The notes below the pieces were generated by a model. It worked only from the letters and a program-made list of their open reading frames with translations. It was not told where the DNA came from and did no database searches. From NCBI GenBank assembly GCA_963712115.1, contig CAVQGX010000021.1:61465-125464 (forward strand): a stretch of 64,000 bases of DNA. Direction: 5' to 3'. Positions 20,843-30,647 of the stretch are shown in pieces; position 1 is the stretch's first letter; every line of letters begins with the position of its first letter. Origin of the DNA: an uncultured delta proteobacterium. GTDB taxonomy: Bacteria; Desulfobacterota; Syntrophobacteria; BM002. A program made the translations under genes and the position numbers.

Positions 20843-21208
20843 ATGAAAATAGATGGAGCAAGAAAGAATATCTTAGGCTTTATGTATGCTGAACGGCTAA
20901 AATCGGCTCTTATCATTACAGGGCAACTCTTGGATGCGCTGGGGGATCTTAAAGAGGGAGAAAGGGTAGGTGGACTGAAAATGTTTAGTTTCTTTATCAA
21001 AGGTGTGACTGGCGAAATGCGACTGGCTGCAAATGTGATGGAAGATTCGGATTGGGATGGCCTGAGTGGACAGCTCAATCTTATGGAGGGTTACGCTCGT
21101 TTGGGGCAAATGGAGGCTGCAAGACAGGAATTAAGTCACACCTTGAGCCGGGCAACGACGCTTGGTGGTCGGGCCATGACCTACTTGAAGGAGGCCGACT
21201 TGCTTTGA
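20843..21208 (+). CDS. Hypothetical alpha-helical protein
   Basis: 121-aa ORF from ATG 20843 with RBS GGAGG; no recognisable motif. Confidence 0.6.
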   Translation: MKIDGARKNILGFMYAERLKSALIITGQLLDALGDLKEGERVGGLKMFSFFIKGVTGEMRLAANVMEDSDWDGLSGQLNLMEGYARLGQMEAARQELSHTLSRATTLGGRAMTYLKEADLL

Positions 21209-21219
21209 CCTATCTCTCT

Positions 21220-23157
21220 TTATTGTTCTTCTGCAGCTAGTTCGAATACTCGCAACACATCGCGAGCGCGATAGATATCCCTAAGAAAGAAGGGTTGCCA
21301 GAAGTTCTCTCCCGGAGGAAACAAAGCCAGGAAAGGTATGCTGCGGCTTCCCATATTCTCGAGCAATCGCTTGGCGGGTGGGTTTTCTCGGGTAAGATCA
21401 GCTTTTAGGAGCAAAGCATTATGTTTTCGGAAGGTTTCAACAACATGTTGGTTTCTTAGAGCGGTTCTTTCAACTAGGATACAATTGGGGCACCAGTCTG
21501 CAGTAAAATCCACTACTACCCAGCGGTTTCCCTTGGCAGCTTCGAGGAGCTTTATATCCGTGTAGGGCTGCCATTTCTCGGATTCCTCTGTCTTTGTCAG
21601 GGGCTCCTCGTTCCAACCCATGGAGGGAAATGTCTTAAGACTTAGCCATCCCCCTAGGACCATTATGATCACTGCCAACAGACGCACAGTTATTCGGCGG
21701 CGAGAGGAATCGCTGAGGCTGGTCATCTGGCCCCAGACATAGAAACCTATAGCGAGAAAGAGGCAGAAAAGAACAATCCAGACTCTCATGTTCTCTCGAA
21801 GAATTGTGAGTAAGTAAACGACCGTTGCCAAGAGGGCAAACCCCATAAAGCGCTCGAAGTGAATGAGCCAGTTGCCCGGCCGGGGAAGCCATCTCAGAGC
21901 GGCAGGATAGATTGACATAACCACATAGGGGAAGGCCATTCCCACGCCCAGGCATGAAAAGACCATAAAGATCTGAACAGGAGGTTGCCGAAGGGTCCAT
22001 GCCATGGCGCCTCCGAGGAGAGGACCGCTGCAAGGTGTGGCCAGGAATGTGGCCAATGTACCTTTATAAAATGATTCAAAGTATCCCTGGCGCTGTATGC
22101 TGACACTTTCTCCACTGCTGGAGAAGTGTGGGATTGGTAGCTGGAAAAGGCCGAATAGACAAAGGGCCATAGTGAAGATCAAGCCAATCATGGCTACAAG
22201 AAAACCCTGTTTCTGAAATAGCTCTCCCCATCCGTATCCGGCAAAACTGGCCAGGGCAGCAAGTACGAGGAAAACTGCAAAAATGCCAGCGGCGAAACTC
22301 AAACCGAGAAGTGCCACACGACGTCCACTCTCCTGTGCTTGCTGGACGAAGCCCAGAACCTTGAGGCTAACGACGGGTAAAACGCAAGGCATGAAGTTAA
22401 GAATGAAGCCGGCTAGGAGGGCAAACAGGGCTGCTTTGACCAAGCCTCCAACCTCGAGGCCAGGCATGACGGGCCTGGGCTTCACTGCAGGAATCTCACC
22501 AAGTTGGGAAATCTCTTTCTGGCCCGGCTCTGAAGGAGTTGTTTCAAGAAGTGCTGGTTGTGATTTAGATTTGCTCTCTCCTACATGGGAGAGTTCGATT
22601 TCTTTGCTTACCCATTGGGGAATTGATGTTTCTGCCGACAAGCTGCTCACCACATTGAGCGGTGCAATTAAGTTAGTCTTATAAGGCATACACACACCCT
22701 CACGGCAAAGGGCCAATTGAAGGTGCAGCTGAACTTGGTGATTTTGAAATGGTAAGTTGGAAGGTGTAGATAGCCGTAAATAGATAGTTGTCTTTTTCTG
22801 ATAAATCCAAACCCACTCATCAGGCCCAAGATCAGGCTCAACTAGTTTTTCGGCCGGGAGAAACCTGGCGGGATCAGCATTAACCCCTTCCGGAAGGGAA
22901 CGGACTTCGAGTATGGTGGGTAACCCGGGTCCCGGACCTTTAGGATTGCCGTAGATATGCCATTCGGGATCCAGAATAATTTGTACGGCAATCCAAGCAT
23001 GGTGGCCAGCAGACACCTTATCAGGATATGTCTGCACTTGGATCCTTAAGGGAGGCTTGGTATCAACCTGAAACTGATCTTTTGCTGAAACAGGGACGTC
23101 CAGCTTCAGGAAAAATAGAGCAAGGCAAACTATTAGGGTGAGTTTAAGGCGGGTCAT
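21220..23157 (-). CDS. Three-domain DsbD/ScsB-like thiol:disulfide interchange membrane protein
   Basis: N-domain WHIY...CREGVC; TM domain LNFMPCVLP...LATPCSGP; thioredoxin domain DFTADWCPNC. Confidence 0.88.
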   Translation of the reverse strand: MTRLKLTLIVCLALFFLKLDVPVSAKDQFQVDTKPPLRIQVQTYPDKVSAGHHAWIAVQIILDPEWHIYGNPKGPGPGLPTILEVRSLPEGVNADPARFLPAEKLVEPDLGPDEWVWIYQKKTTIYLRLSTPSNLPFQNHQVQLHLQLALCREGVCMPYKTNLIAPLNVVSSLSAETSIPQWVSKEIELSHVGESKSKSQPALLETTPSEPGQKEISQLGEIPAVKPRPVMPGLEVGGLVKAALFALLAGFILNFMPCVLPVVSLKVLGFVQQAQESGRRVALLGLSFAAGIFAVFLVLAALASFAGYGWGELFQKQGFLVAMIGLIFTMALCLFGLFQLPIPHFSSSGESVSIQRQGYFESFYKGTLATFLATPCSGPLLGGAMAWTLRQPPVQIFMVFSCLGVGMAFPYVVMSIYPAALRWLPRPGNWLIHFERFMGFALLATVVYLLTILRENMRVWIVLFCLFLAIGFYVWGQMTSLSDSSRRRITVRLLAVIIMVLGGWLSLKTFPSMGWNEEPLTKTEESEKWQPYTDIKLLEAAKGNRWVVVDFTADWCPNCILVERTALRNQHVVETFRKHNALLLKADLTRENPPAKRLLENMGSRSIPFLALFPPGENFWQPFFLRDIYRARDVLRVFELAAEEQ

Positions 23158-23410
23158 ATAATCTGATTCCGGGATATAGCCTGATTCTCCAATCCAGCAG
23201 ATCATAAACAACAACGGAGCGGATGGCAAGCGGCTTTGCGTTTCAGCTGGAAGGAGGCAGCGGGCAGGAAAGACTAAGCACTAGGCAGTAGGCGCTAAGC
23301 ACCAAGTAATTTCTTCTGAGATTATCAAATCTTTCTGGCCCCTGGTTTATGGTTTAGCTAAATTGCACGATTGAAGACGAGGATTACACGGTGCCTAATA
23401 GATAGGGTGC

Positions 23411-23776
23411 TTAGCGACAGATTAGATGAGAAACCAAAATACCCCAAAATTCCCTGGGCCCCTCGAATGTCGAAACCGCTTCATAGTGCCATCCAAGGTG
23501 TTGACCGCATTGCCGGCAGAAGACCATGCGCCACCGGTAGCCCGGAAACCAGGTGTGGGCCGCGGTGGCGCCTCCATGAGCTACCGCACCAGGACAGTCC
23601 GAAAAGGTGCGAAAATCACATTCCACACCCGCTGGGTTGACGAATAGATGTCGATCGGAAGTGCCTACACGCAGCAGTCGATCCGAATAGGTGACAAGAC
23701 CTCTACAGCCAAAGCACTGGTAGACTTTGGCACCATTGCCACCGATTCCTTTCAGGGGAAAAGCAAAGCCGAGCAT
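23411..23776 (-). CDS. Cereblon-family (CULT domain) zinc protein
   Basis: CxxC...NPAG...HTWFPGYRW...CRQCGQHLGWHY...FWGI aromatic-cage signature. Confidence 0.85.
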   Translation of the reverse strand: MLGFAFPLKGIGGNGAKVYQCFGCRGLVTYSDRLLRVGTSDRHLFVNPAGVECDFRTFSDCPGAVAHGGATAAHTWFPGYRWRMVFCRQCGQHLGWHYEAVSTFEGPREFWGILVSHLICR

Positions 23777-23843
23777 TCTGGATTCCAGAGTGAGGAAGGT
23801 TTACTGGCAGGAAAAATACCAAATTGGCGAGAAAAGTCAATCT

Positions 23844-24073
23844 AGCCCGGACGTTTCATGAATCGCTTGTGCGACCACGAAACTGGGAACCCGCTTGCGG
23901 GACTGAGCGGAGCGCAGCGAGCGCGAATAATATGGCCGTCCTTCTTGGCGTCCTCGGGTATCGGCTCCTGCGACGTACCATTTAGGTACGCCTCGGAACC
24001 AATACCCTGCGGTTACCCAGTGGCACGCCCATCTTCATGGTCTCACGACATCAATTCATGAAACATCCGGGCT
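23844..24073. mobile_element. MITE family M1, copy 1 (about 20-bp TIRs)
   Basis: AGCCCGGACGTTTCATGAAT ... ATTCATGAAACATCCGGGCT; aligns to the reverse complement of 28369-28550 with an about 49-bp extra insert. Confidence 0.85.
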
Positions 24074-24267
24074 TGCCCTGCTGCCTAGTGGTTAGTTAAG
24101 GAATCTAACCCTTTGTACTTGCGACAGGGGTTTTGATCTGCTATATCTGGTGCATTCTTTGGCAGAGACTAATCTGCCTGCATAAAAGGGGCACGGGCGC
24201 ACACCCGCCCAAGGTAATTCCACCTGATTTAGTCCAAGAGGCGCAACTTGCCCCCGTATTGTCAGAA

Positions 24268-24388
24268 GTCCGTGGTCAGTCGTAAAGGACGCATAGAGCA
24301 TAGCGCAGAGCATATTATTTGATGGTAACAGCACGCTATGCGCTCTGCGGCGAACGGAGTGAGCCAAAACGGACAACTGACCACGGAC
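24268..24388. repeat. Nested heptamer inverted repeats directly upstream of comM
   Basis: Outer perfect 13-bp IR GTCCGTGGTCAGT/ACTGACCACGGAC; inner GCATAGAGCATAGCGCAGAGC/CGCTATGCGCTCTGCG. Confidence 0.8.
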
Positions 24389-24395
24389 CGTCATA

Positions 24396-25922
24396 ATGCT
24401 TGCAAAAGTGCTATCCAGCGCCGTGTTGGGTGTTGATGCCTACGTAGTAGAGGTTGAGGTAGATATCACCATGGGTCTGCCTGCCTTTGCCACAGTTGGC
24501 CTTCCTGATGGCGCGGTGCGAGAGAGCAAGGACCGAGTGAAATCGGCGATAAAGAACACGGGCTACCGTTTTCCACCCCACCGAATTACGGTTAACCTAG
24601 CTCCAGCCGACGTTAAAAAGGAAGGAGCTGGATTTGACCTACCCATGGCCGTTGGTATCCTGGCTGCAACTGGCCTGGTGAATCGAGACAAGCTTCAGCG
24701 GTATCTGATAATTGGTGAACTCTCATTGGATGGAAAAGTGAAGCCCACTAAAGGTGCTTTGCCGGTGGCCTTGGCCGCCCGTAACAACGGGCTTGCAGGA
24801 ATAATCGTGCCGGAGGCCAATAGCAAAGAGTCGGCGGTGGTGCAGGGGGTTAAGGTGTTTGCGGCAACCCATCTTTCGCAAGTAGTAGATTTTTTTAATG
24901 AAAGCTGCGACATGTCACCCACGAGCATAGACGTAGAGGATCTATTTTCCAAGCATTCACCCTATGAGGTGGATTTCAATGAGGTGAAGGGTCAGGAGCA
25001 TGTGAAGCGTGCCTTAGAAATAGCAGCTGCCGGTGGTCACAACGTGTTGATGGTGGGGCCGCCCGGGTCGGGCAAGACAATGCTGGCCCAGAGACTTCCC
25101 ACCATTCTTCCTGATCTGACCTTTGAGGAAGCTCTAGAGACCACCAAGGTGTATAGCATCATGGGGTTAATGGATAAACGTGCCCTTGTTACTACCCGCC
25201 CTTTCAGATCTCCCCACCACAGCATTTCTGATGCTGGCTTGATCGGAGGAGGACAGATTCCCAAGCCCGGCGAAGTGAGTCTGGCGCACAACGGAGTATT
25301 ATTTTTAGACGAGATGCCGGAGTTTAGAAAAAATGTTTTAGAGGTTCTACGTCAGCCCATGGAAGACGGCAAGGTAACCATTGCCCGGGCTGCGACCTCA
25401 ATTACTTACCCGGCCCGCTTCATGGCGGTTGCTGCAATGAATCCTTGTCCTTGCGGCTTCTATGGTGATTACAAACGGCAGTGCCAATGCACTCATTTGC
25501 AGATCCAGCGGTATCGGACCAAGATTTCGGGACCACTCTTGGATCGACTGGACATACATGTGGAAGTACCGGCGGTGCAATATGAGGATTTGGCTCAAGA
25601 AAGTGGGGGTAAATCCTCCGACACCATAAGAGATCGGGTGAATGCGGCGAGGACTGTTCAGCAGAAGCGCTTTAAGAGCCACAGGGTATATTGCAATGCC
25701 CAAATGGTTCCGAGGTTGCTAAAGCGCTTCTGCCGGCTGGATGAGGACTGCCATCGTCTGTTGGAAGCTGCCATCGATCGATTGGGATTGAGTGCCAGGG
25801 CTCACAACAGAATTCTAAAAATAGCCCGGACCATAGCGGATCTTGAAGGGCTGGAAGAGATCAGTGCAACTCACATTGCCGAGGCCATTCAATACCGCAG
25901 TCTGGACCGGGGCCTAGCTTAG
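24396..25922 (+). CDS. comM: YifB/ComM Mg-chelatase-like AAA+ ATPase
   Basis: VGLPDGAVRESKDRV, NLAPAD, GPPGSGKTMLA, RPFRSPHH, AHNGVLFLDE, ISGPLLDRLD. Confidence 0.95.
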   Translation: MLAKVLSSAVLGVDAYVVEVEVDITMGLPAFATVGLPDGAVRESKDRVKSAIKNTGYRFPPHRITVNLAPADVKKEGAGFDLPMAVGILAATGLVNRDKLQRYLIIGELSLDGKVKPTKGALPVALAARNNGLAGIIVPEANSKESAVVQGVKVFAATHLSQVVDFFNESCDMSPTSIDVEDLFSKHSPYEVDFNEVKGQEHVKRALEIAAAGGHNVLMVGPPGSGKTMLAQRLPTILPDLTFEEALETTKVYSIMGLMDKRALVTTRPFRSPHHSISDAGLIGGGQIPKPGEVSLAHNGVLFLDEMPEFRKNVLEVLRQPMEDGKVTIARAATSITYPARFMAVAAMNPCPCGFYGDYKRQCQCTHLQIQRYRTKISGPLLDRLDIHVEVPAVQYEDLAQESGGKSSDTIRDRVNAARTVQQKRFKSHRVYCNAQMVPRLLKRFCRLDEDCHRLLEAAIDRLGLSARAHNRILKIARTIADLEGLEEISATHIAEAIQYRSLDRGLA

Positions 25923-26819
25923 TGGCAGCACTGATTCTCCGAATAATATGTTGAGGAAAGAACTTTTGTATGAGGCTAGTGTTTTATCCTTCCTCATGAC
26001 TGCGGCGATATAATCTGGTTTGAATAGTTGGTCCATTGGGAGGAACTCCAGCTTTCTTTCCTTCAGTGCCGGTAAATCCATTACCACTGTGGCAAAAGAT
26101 ACGCCGAGGCCCATCTCCACATAGCGAGAGGTTAGCTCAACATTTGAAGATTCCATGACGATCTGGTAGTCGAGTCCGAGCTTCTGAAATCGCTCTTCCA
26201 GCATCCTGCGACAGGTGAATCTAAGGTCCTTCGGAGGCAATATAAGGGGATATTTGGCAAGTTTTTTCAGGGTAAGCCGGTTTGCCTCGGCCAAAGGGTG
26301 GCCGGGAGGTATCATCAACACAGTTTCTACCCTTTTCCATCTGATTAAGGTCAGATCACCCGGAACTTCGGACTCGAGGGTCAAACCGAAGTCGATGTCC
26401 CCACTCTTGACAAGTTCGATAACAGTTTGCTGTGACCGATCTAGTATGGTCAGTTCCACCTGGGGAAAACGTTCAGTATATTCTTTGAGTATTTCCGGAA
26501 ATAGGTGATAAAGAGTTGTAAAGGGCGCTGCTATTCTGAGTCTACCTTTTTTAAAACCTTTCAGTTCGTTCAAATCCTCTCTTAAACTATCGTAGCTCTC
26601 CAGGATAGACTCTGCAAATCTGAGAAATCTTTCTCCAGCAGAAGTGAGCCTCAGCTTCCGCTTGCCGATTCTCTCAAAGAGATGGCAATCCAATTCTCTT
26701 TCCAAAGCTTTTATCTGCTGACTCAAGGCCGACTGCGTTCGAAAGGTGGCTTCAGCGGCTTTGGTAAAGCTCCCGAGCTTGGCTGTCTGATAGAAACCTA
26801 TGACCTGCTGCCACTCCAT
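25914..26819 (-). CDS. LysR-family transcriptional regulator
   Basis: GSFTKAAEATFRTQSALSQQIKALE HTH; divergent from the thioesterase. Confidence 0.95.
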   Translation of the reverse strand: MEWQQVIGFYQTAKLGSFTKAAEATFRTQSALSQQIKALERELDCHLFERIGKRKLRLTSAGERFLRFAESILESYDSLREDLNELKGFKKGRLRIAAPFTTLYHLFPEILKEYTERFPQVELTILDRSQQTVIELVKSGDIDFGLTLESEVPGDLTLIRWKRVETVLMIPPGHPLAEANRLTLKKLAKYPLILPPKDLRFTCRRMLEERFQKLGLDYQIVMESSNVELTSRYVEMGLGVSFATVVMDLPALKERKLEFLPMDQLFKPDYIAAVMRKDKTLASYKSSFLNILFGESVLPLS

Positions 26820-26824
26820 GAGAA

Positions 26825-26839
26825 ATAAGTCTCACTAAT
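26825..26839. promoter_or_regulatory. Putative LysR T-N11-A binding site
   Basis: ATAAGTCTCACTAAT imperfect dyad in the AT-rich divergent intergenic region. Confidence 0.4.
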
Positions 26840-26928
26840 CAATATAATGAAAATTATTAATTTGATTTATAACAAATTATCAGAGATCTTGAGAATAGGC
26901 AAAGGAAAAAACTACAGGGAGGTGAGCC

Positions 26929-27357
26929 ATGAAAGATTCTCTAAAACCAGGCTTGACTTTTGAGTTCCAATTCAAGGTACCTGAAAGCAAAACCGTACCT
27001 CACCTTTACCCGGAATCTGCCGAGTTCCAGGTTATGCCGAAAGTCTTGGCCACGGGGTTCATGGTGGGATTGTTTGAATGGGCCTGCATCCAGGCGATAA
27101 ATCCTCACATTGATTGGCCTGATGAGCAGACGGTTGGAATCCAGGTGAATTTGAGTCATTTGGCTGCTACCCCTCCAGGCTTGACGGTAACGGTAAAAGG
27201 AAAACTGGAAGAAGTGGAAGGGCGGAAACTAAGCTTCTCTATAGTCGCAGATGATGGAGTAGATAAGATATCTGAGGGTACGCACCACAGGTTCGTGATC
27301 AATCCGGCCAAGTTCAACGCCAAAATGGCTGATAAAGCGGGCAAGCACTCTAAATGA
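26929..27357 (+). CDS. Fluoroacetyl-CoA thioesterase (FlK)-like hot-dog protein
   Basis: VLATGFMVGLFE (Thr/Glu) and HLAATPPG (His) triad; RBS GGAGGT. Confidence 0.88.
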   Translation: MKDSLKPGLTFEFQFKVPESKTVPHLYPESAEFQVMPKVLATGFMVGLFEWACIQAINPHIDWPDEQTVGIQVNLSHLAATPPGLTVTVKGKLEEVEGRKLSFSIVADDGVDKISEGTHHRFVINPAKFNAKMADKAGKHSK

Positions 27358-27518
27358 GAAGTTTTAACGAAGGGTTTGCGTTCAATCACTGAAAGTAAAA
27401 CGTCATCTTCCCTCAGGGCTGCTGCTCAAAGTGCTTAATCATTTCTTAAAGATGTGTTATCGGTAAAGCACTAATCTCGTCTTTATTGTGGCGAAAATAC
27501 AAAGGGAAAGACAGGGTA

Positions 27519-28370
27519 ATGAGCGGAGCCAAAGAGCAGCCAAAGAACGAACCTTTGGAAGGCTACGATCCAAAGGATTATGCCAAGTTTCCAATATTTC
27601 TATTAGGAACCGGCAGGTGCGGTAGCACTCTTCTGCAAAAAATACTGAATAGTGTCGATAACGTCATGATCTATGGGGAGCATGGCGGTTTTTTGAGACA
27701 AATAGCGGAAGCTTATTTTCTAAATCTAGAAGACAAGAAAATCGAAAAATACATAATGAGTCAAAATGTTGCAGGAGAAGATCCGACCCTTGTGTTTGAC
27801 AGGTTAAAGGATCCGCAGCTGTGGAGTGCCTGGATGAACTGGTACAACCGAGAAACTGTAAAAAAGAATTTTCGAGACTTCACTGAGTCCTTTTTCAACC
27901 CTATTGCCTTAGAACGAAAGGTGCACTGGGGGTTCAAAGAGATCAGGTATGGGTTAAATGACCGGGTTTTAGAAATGCTGGCTGACCTTTACCCGAAGGG
28001 GCGATTTATCTTTATGGTTCGTAATCCTGTAGACGTTGTTGCAAGTAAAATGTCAGCCCGGATGAGTGACGGCTTAGAAACTGATGTCCAGAGCTGGGTA
28101 GAACAGAACAGTTATTTTGTCGACTTTTACAGGCGAAACAAAGAAAGGAGCAAAATTGTTCGTTACGAGGATCTGATTGGTAGCAATAGCCCCCAACTTA
28201 AGCAGCTTTTTGACTGGCTGGGATTTTCTCTGACGGATAAACAGACAAATATAATGGAGCTAACAAAACCAAGTTATCACGGACGACCTAGGCCAGTGAG
28301 ATTAGCTGATGATCAGATAGATGAGATCAATAAAATAACCAAAGAGCTGAGAGAAGAGCTGGGTTACTAG
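27519..28370 (+). CDS. Sulfotransferase family protein
   Basis: PIFLLGTGRCGSTLL PAPS loop, WGFKE, MVRNPVDVVAS, VRYEDL. Confidence 0.85.
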   Translation: MSGAKEQPKNEPLEGYDPKDYAKFPIFLLGTGRCGSTLLQKILNSVDNVMIYGEHGGFLRQIAEAYFLNLEDKKIEKYIMSQNVAGEDPTLVFDRLKDPQLWSAWMNWYNRETVKKNFRDFTESFFNPIALERKVHWGFKEIRYGLNDRVLEMLADLYPKGRFIFMVRNPVDVVASKMSARMSDGLETDVQSWVEQNSYFVDFYRRNKERSKIVRYEDLIGSNSPQLKQLFDWLGFSLTDKQTNIMELTKPSYHGRPRPVRLADDQIDEINKITKELREELGY

Positions 28371-28550
28371 CCCGGATGTTTCATGAATTGATGTAGCGAG
28401 ACCATGAAGATGGGCGTGCCACTGGGTAACCGCAGGGTATTGGGTCCGAGGCGTACCTGAACGGTACGCCGCAGGAGCCGATATCCGAGGACGCCCAGAA
28501 GGATGCCCATATCCAGGGTCGCAGCAAGCCATTCATGAGACATCCGGGCT
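28369..28550. mobile_element. MITE family M1, copy 2
   Basis: T-AGCCCGGATGTTTCATGAAT ... ATTCATGAGACATCCGGGCT-A; ends overlap the TAG stops of both convergent genes. Confidence 0.85.
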
Positions 28551-28917
28551 AAACCTCGCGATCGTTGAAGAGAGTGTAATAGACTTGGTCGCCCTTTTTG
28601 AAGCCCCGGGCCAATTCCATGTGCCTCAAGGTAGCGAAATTCCGCTGCAATTCATTGCTATTTATGGATAGCTCGGTGCAGATTTCCTCTGCAGTAAGAG
28701 GGCCGCTTTTCTTGATCAGATCAAGAATTTCCTGCTGCTCTGCAGTTAAACTATCGCTTATTAGTGAAGTGTTTTTCGCAGAATGAACTGCCCAAGGGTC
28801 GCAAGTTTTGGGTATAGTGACGATGTCCAAGTAGCAATCTTCACAAAGGGTATGTCCTGAGTGTTCAAATTTCTCCTCAGCTGAGATCTCTACTGCGCAT
28901 TTTTCACATTCCATCAT
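28549..28917 (-). CDS. Hypothetical zinc-finger plus winged-HTH protein
   Basis: CEKC...LCEDC...CDPWAV, then HTH-like LTAEEICTELSI...FATLRHMEL; RBS GGAGGT. Confidence 0.75.
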   Translation of the reverse strand: MMECEKCAVEISAEEKFEHSGHTLCEDCYLDIVTIPKTCDPWAVHSAKNTSLISDSLTAEQQEILDLIKKSGPLTAEEICTELSINSNELQRNFATLRHMELARGFKKGDQVYYTLFNDREV

Positions 28918-29050
28918 CACACCTCCTAAAATAAACAATAACAGTTCTACTTTAACCCCAAGAAACTGTATTTGAACTAAAAAGAAATCACCCATGGATG
29001 ATGATGGCATTTCTTATTGGGGAGATGTTTTCTCGAACTGATAGGAATTG

Positions 29051-29700
29051 TCATTTAATCATGAGAACGATATTGCTATGCATAACACCACTACCAGGAA
29101 GATATCTTCTGATATGTTCACAAGTCTGCCGAAATCCGTTCACCGAGAAACTTGACAATATCTCAAATGGACCTCTATATCTCAGGTATACCTTAAATTT
29201 CCGGAATCCCACCTTCTTTCCAGCCTTTATAATCAATGCGGGTGGCATATCCCTTTCAGTCAGCCCAAACTTTTCAATAGCATTTCTCGATTGAACTGAT
29301 CTTGAGTGACCAACTCCTGGTTCAACTGTCAGACAAATTCCTCCGAATTTTAAGGCGTTATAGGCCTGATAAATAGCCTTTTGCTCATCAATTGAATGGT
29401 GCAATGAATCATAAAAAATGGCATAGTCAAAAACTTCATTTGGATTCTATAGATTCTCATAATGCAGCTGTAAGGAAGTTTAGATTTTCTAACGCTTTAG
29501 CGGCGTTTATTCATTCGGCCAGCGCAATCAAATGGCTCAGAAACATCGTTGCGCAGCAACTTCAGATCTCCTCTTCGGCGCGAAAAAAACACTTGTCCAT
29601 CCAGTTCCGGCTCCAATATCCAGCAGACTTTCCAGGGGGTGGGGGAAGAAGAGAAGGTAATGAGCCGATATCATTCAGAAACTGAAATCGGGAAATAATT
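29051..29700 (-). pseudogene. Decayed class I SAM methyltransferase
   Basis: Fragments LLDIGAGTGWTSVFFA (about 29580-29630) and FDYAIFYDSLHHSIDEQKAI...LKFGG...EPG lie in different frames with stops between. Confidence 0.7.
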
Positions 29701-30181
29701 CTTGTTATATATGAGAATGGTTATGATTGGCTCGGGTAACCAATCAAAGCATGGTTGAGTTCCTTTTCGAACTGTGCAACTAAGTTTTAGTAATAAGGGA
29801 GATCAACGCATGTGGATTACGCCTAATAAATGTTTTGACATCTCAAAATACTCCAATGCTTGAATGACATTTGTTGAACAGACAGGGTTATTCTGTCTAA
29901 CTCTCGTACATATCATGTTTGGTTCACTTTCTGTTAGGAGAACTACAACGTGGAATCAAGCAATAAGCGCCAGTTGCCGGTCCTGCGCCCCAAACCTTCT
30001 CTATTGGTCCGATGCTTGCGAAAGTTCAGATTACACCGAGGAAATCGATCAGGGATGACGAGTTACCTCAGATGGCTTGATTGGTTGGAAGGAAATGAGC
30101 GTTTCATCTGGAAATGCTCAGTTTTATCATGGGCTCTGGTGTCTCTCGACTGAAATCTAAATGCCCTTGAATCTCTCAAGC

Positions 30182-30551
30182 TTACCTGTCGATAGTCACC
30201 AGAATGGTGGTGCTTTTGCTCTCGGAGGCTGTGGCCGTTATCTGCAGTCTCTTGTCTTCTTTGGAGAAAATGAGGGTTGTACCTCTTTTCAGCTCCATTC
30301 CCGTCAGAATACTCCAGCCTCTATAGGTCATGGATTTACGGTAGAAAACAATTACCGCGTCAGGGTCGTCCTCGCTTTCCATTATGACCTGTGAGCTACT
30401 TTTCCTTTCTTTGGCAGAAAATAACTTTCGCCTCGGGGTAATGTGGGACAACACCCTCCAACCCCTTCGGCAAAGTGATCTGACTCCACGCCACCGCAGT
30501 GAGCCAACCAGTGAGCAGCACACCGAGAGCCGCTACCTTCAAAGCTTTCAT
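30182..30551 (-). pseudogene. Exported hypothetical protein with a +1 frameshift
   Basis: Signal peptide MKALKVAALGVLLTGWLTAVAWSQ from ATG 30551 (RBS GAGGAG) joins the frame of ORF 30182..30523 if one base at 30418-30421 is removed. Confidence 0.6.
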
Positions 30552-30647
30552 GGACTTTCTCCTCAAAAGCGCTTTATGGGGAAAACTCTTACATCATTAA
30601 AGTTAACTGTTTAGTTACCGCGACAGGCACGGTCAATTGCCAAACAA

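Noticed and set aside
23235-23270. SRP-RNA-like string TCAGCTGGAAGGAGGCAGC
   Set aside because: It deviates from the TCAGGTCCGGAAGGAAGCAGC helix-8 motif and has no long enclosing stem.
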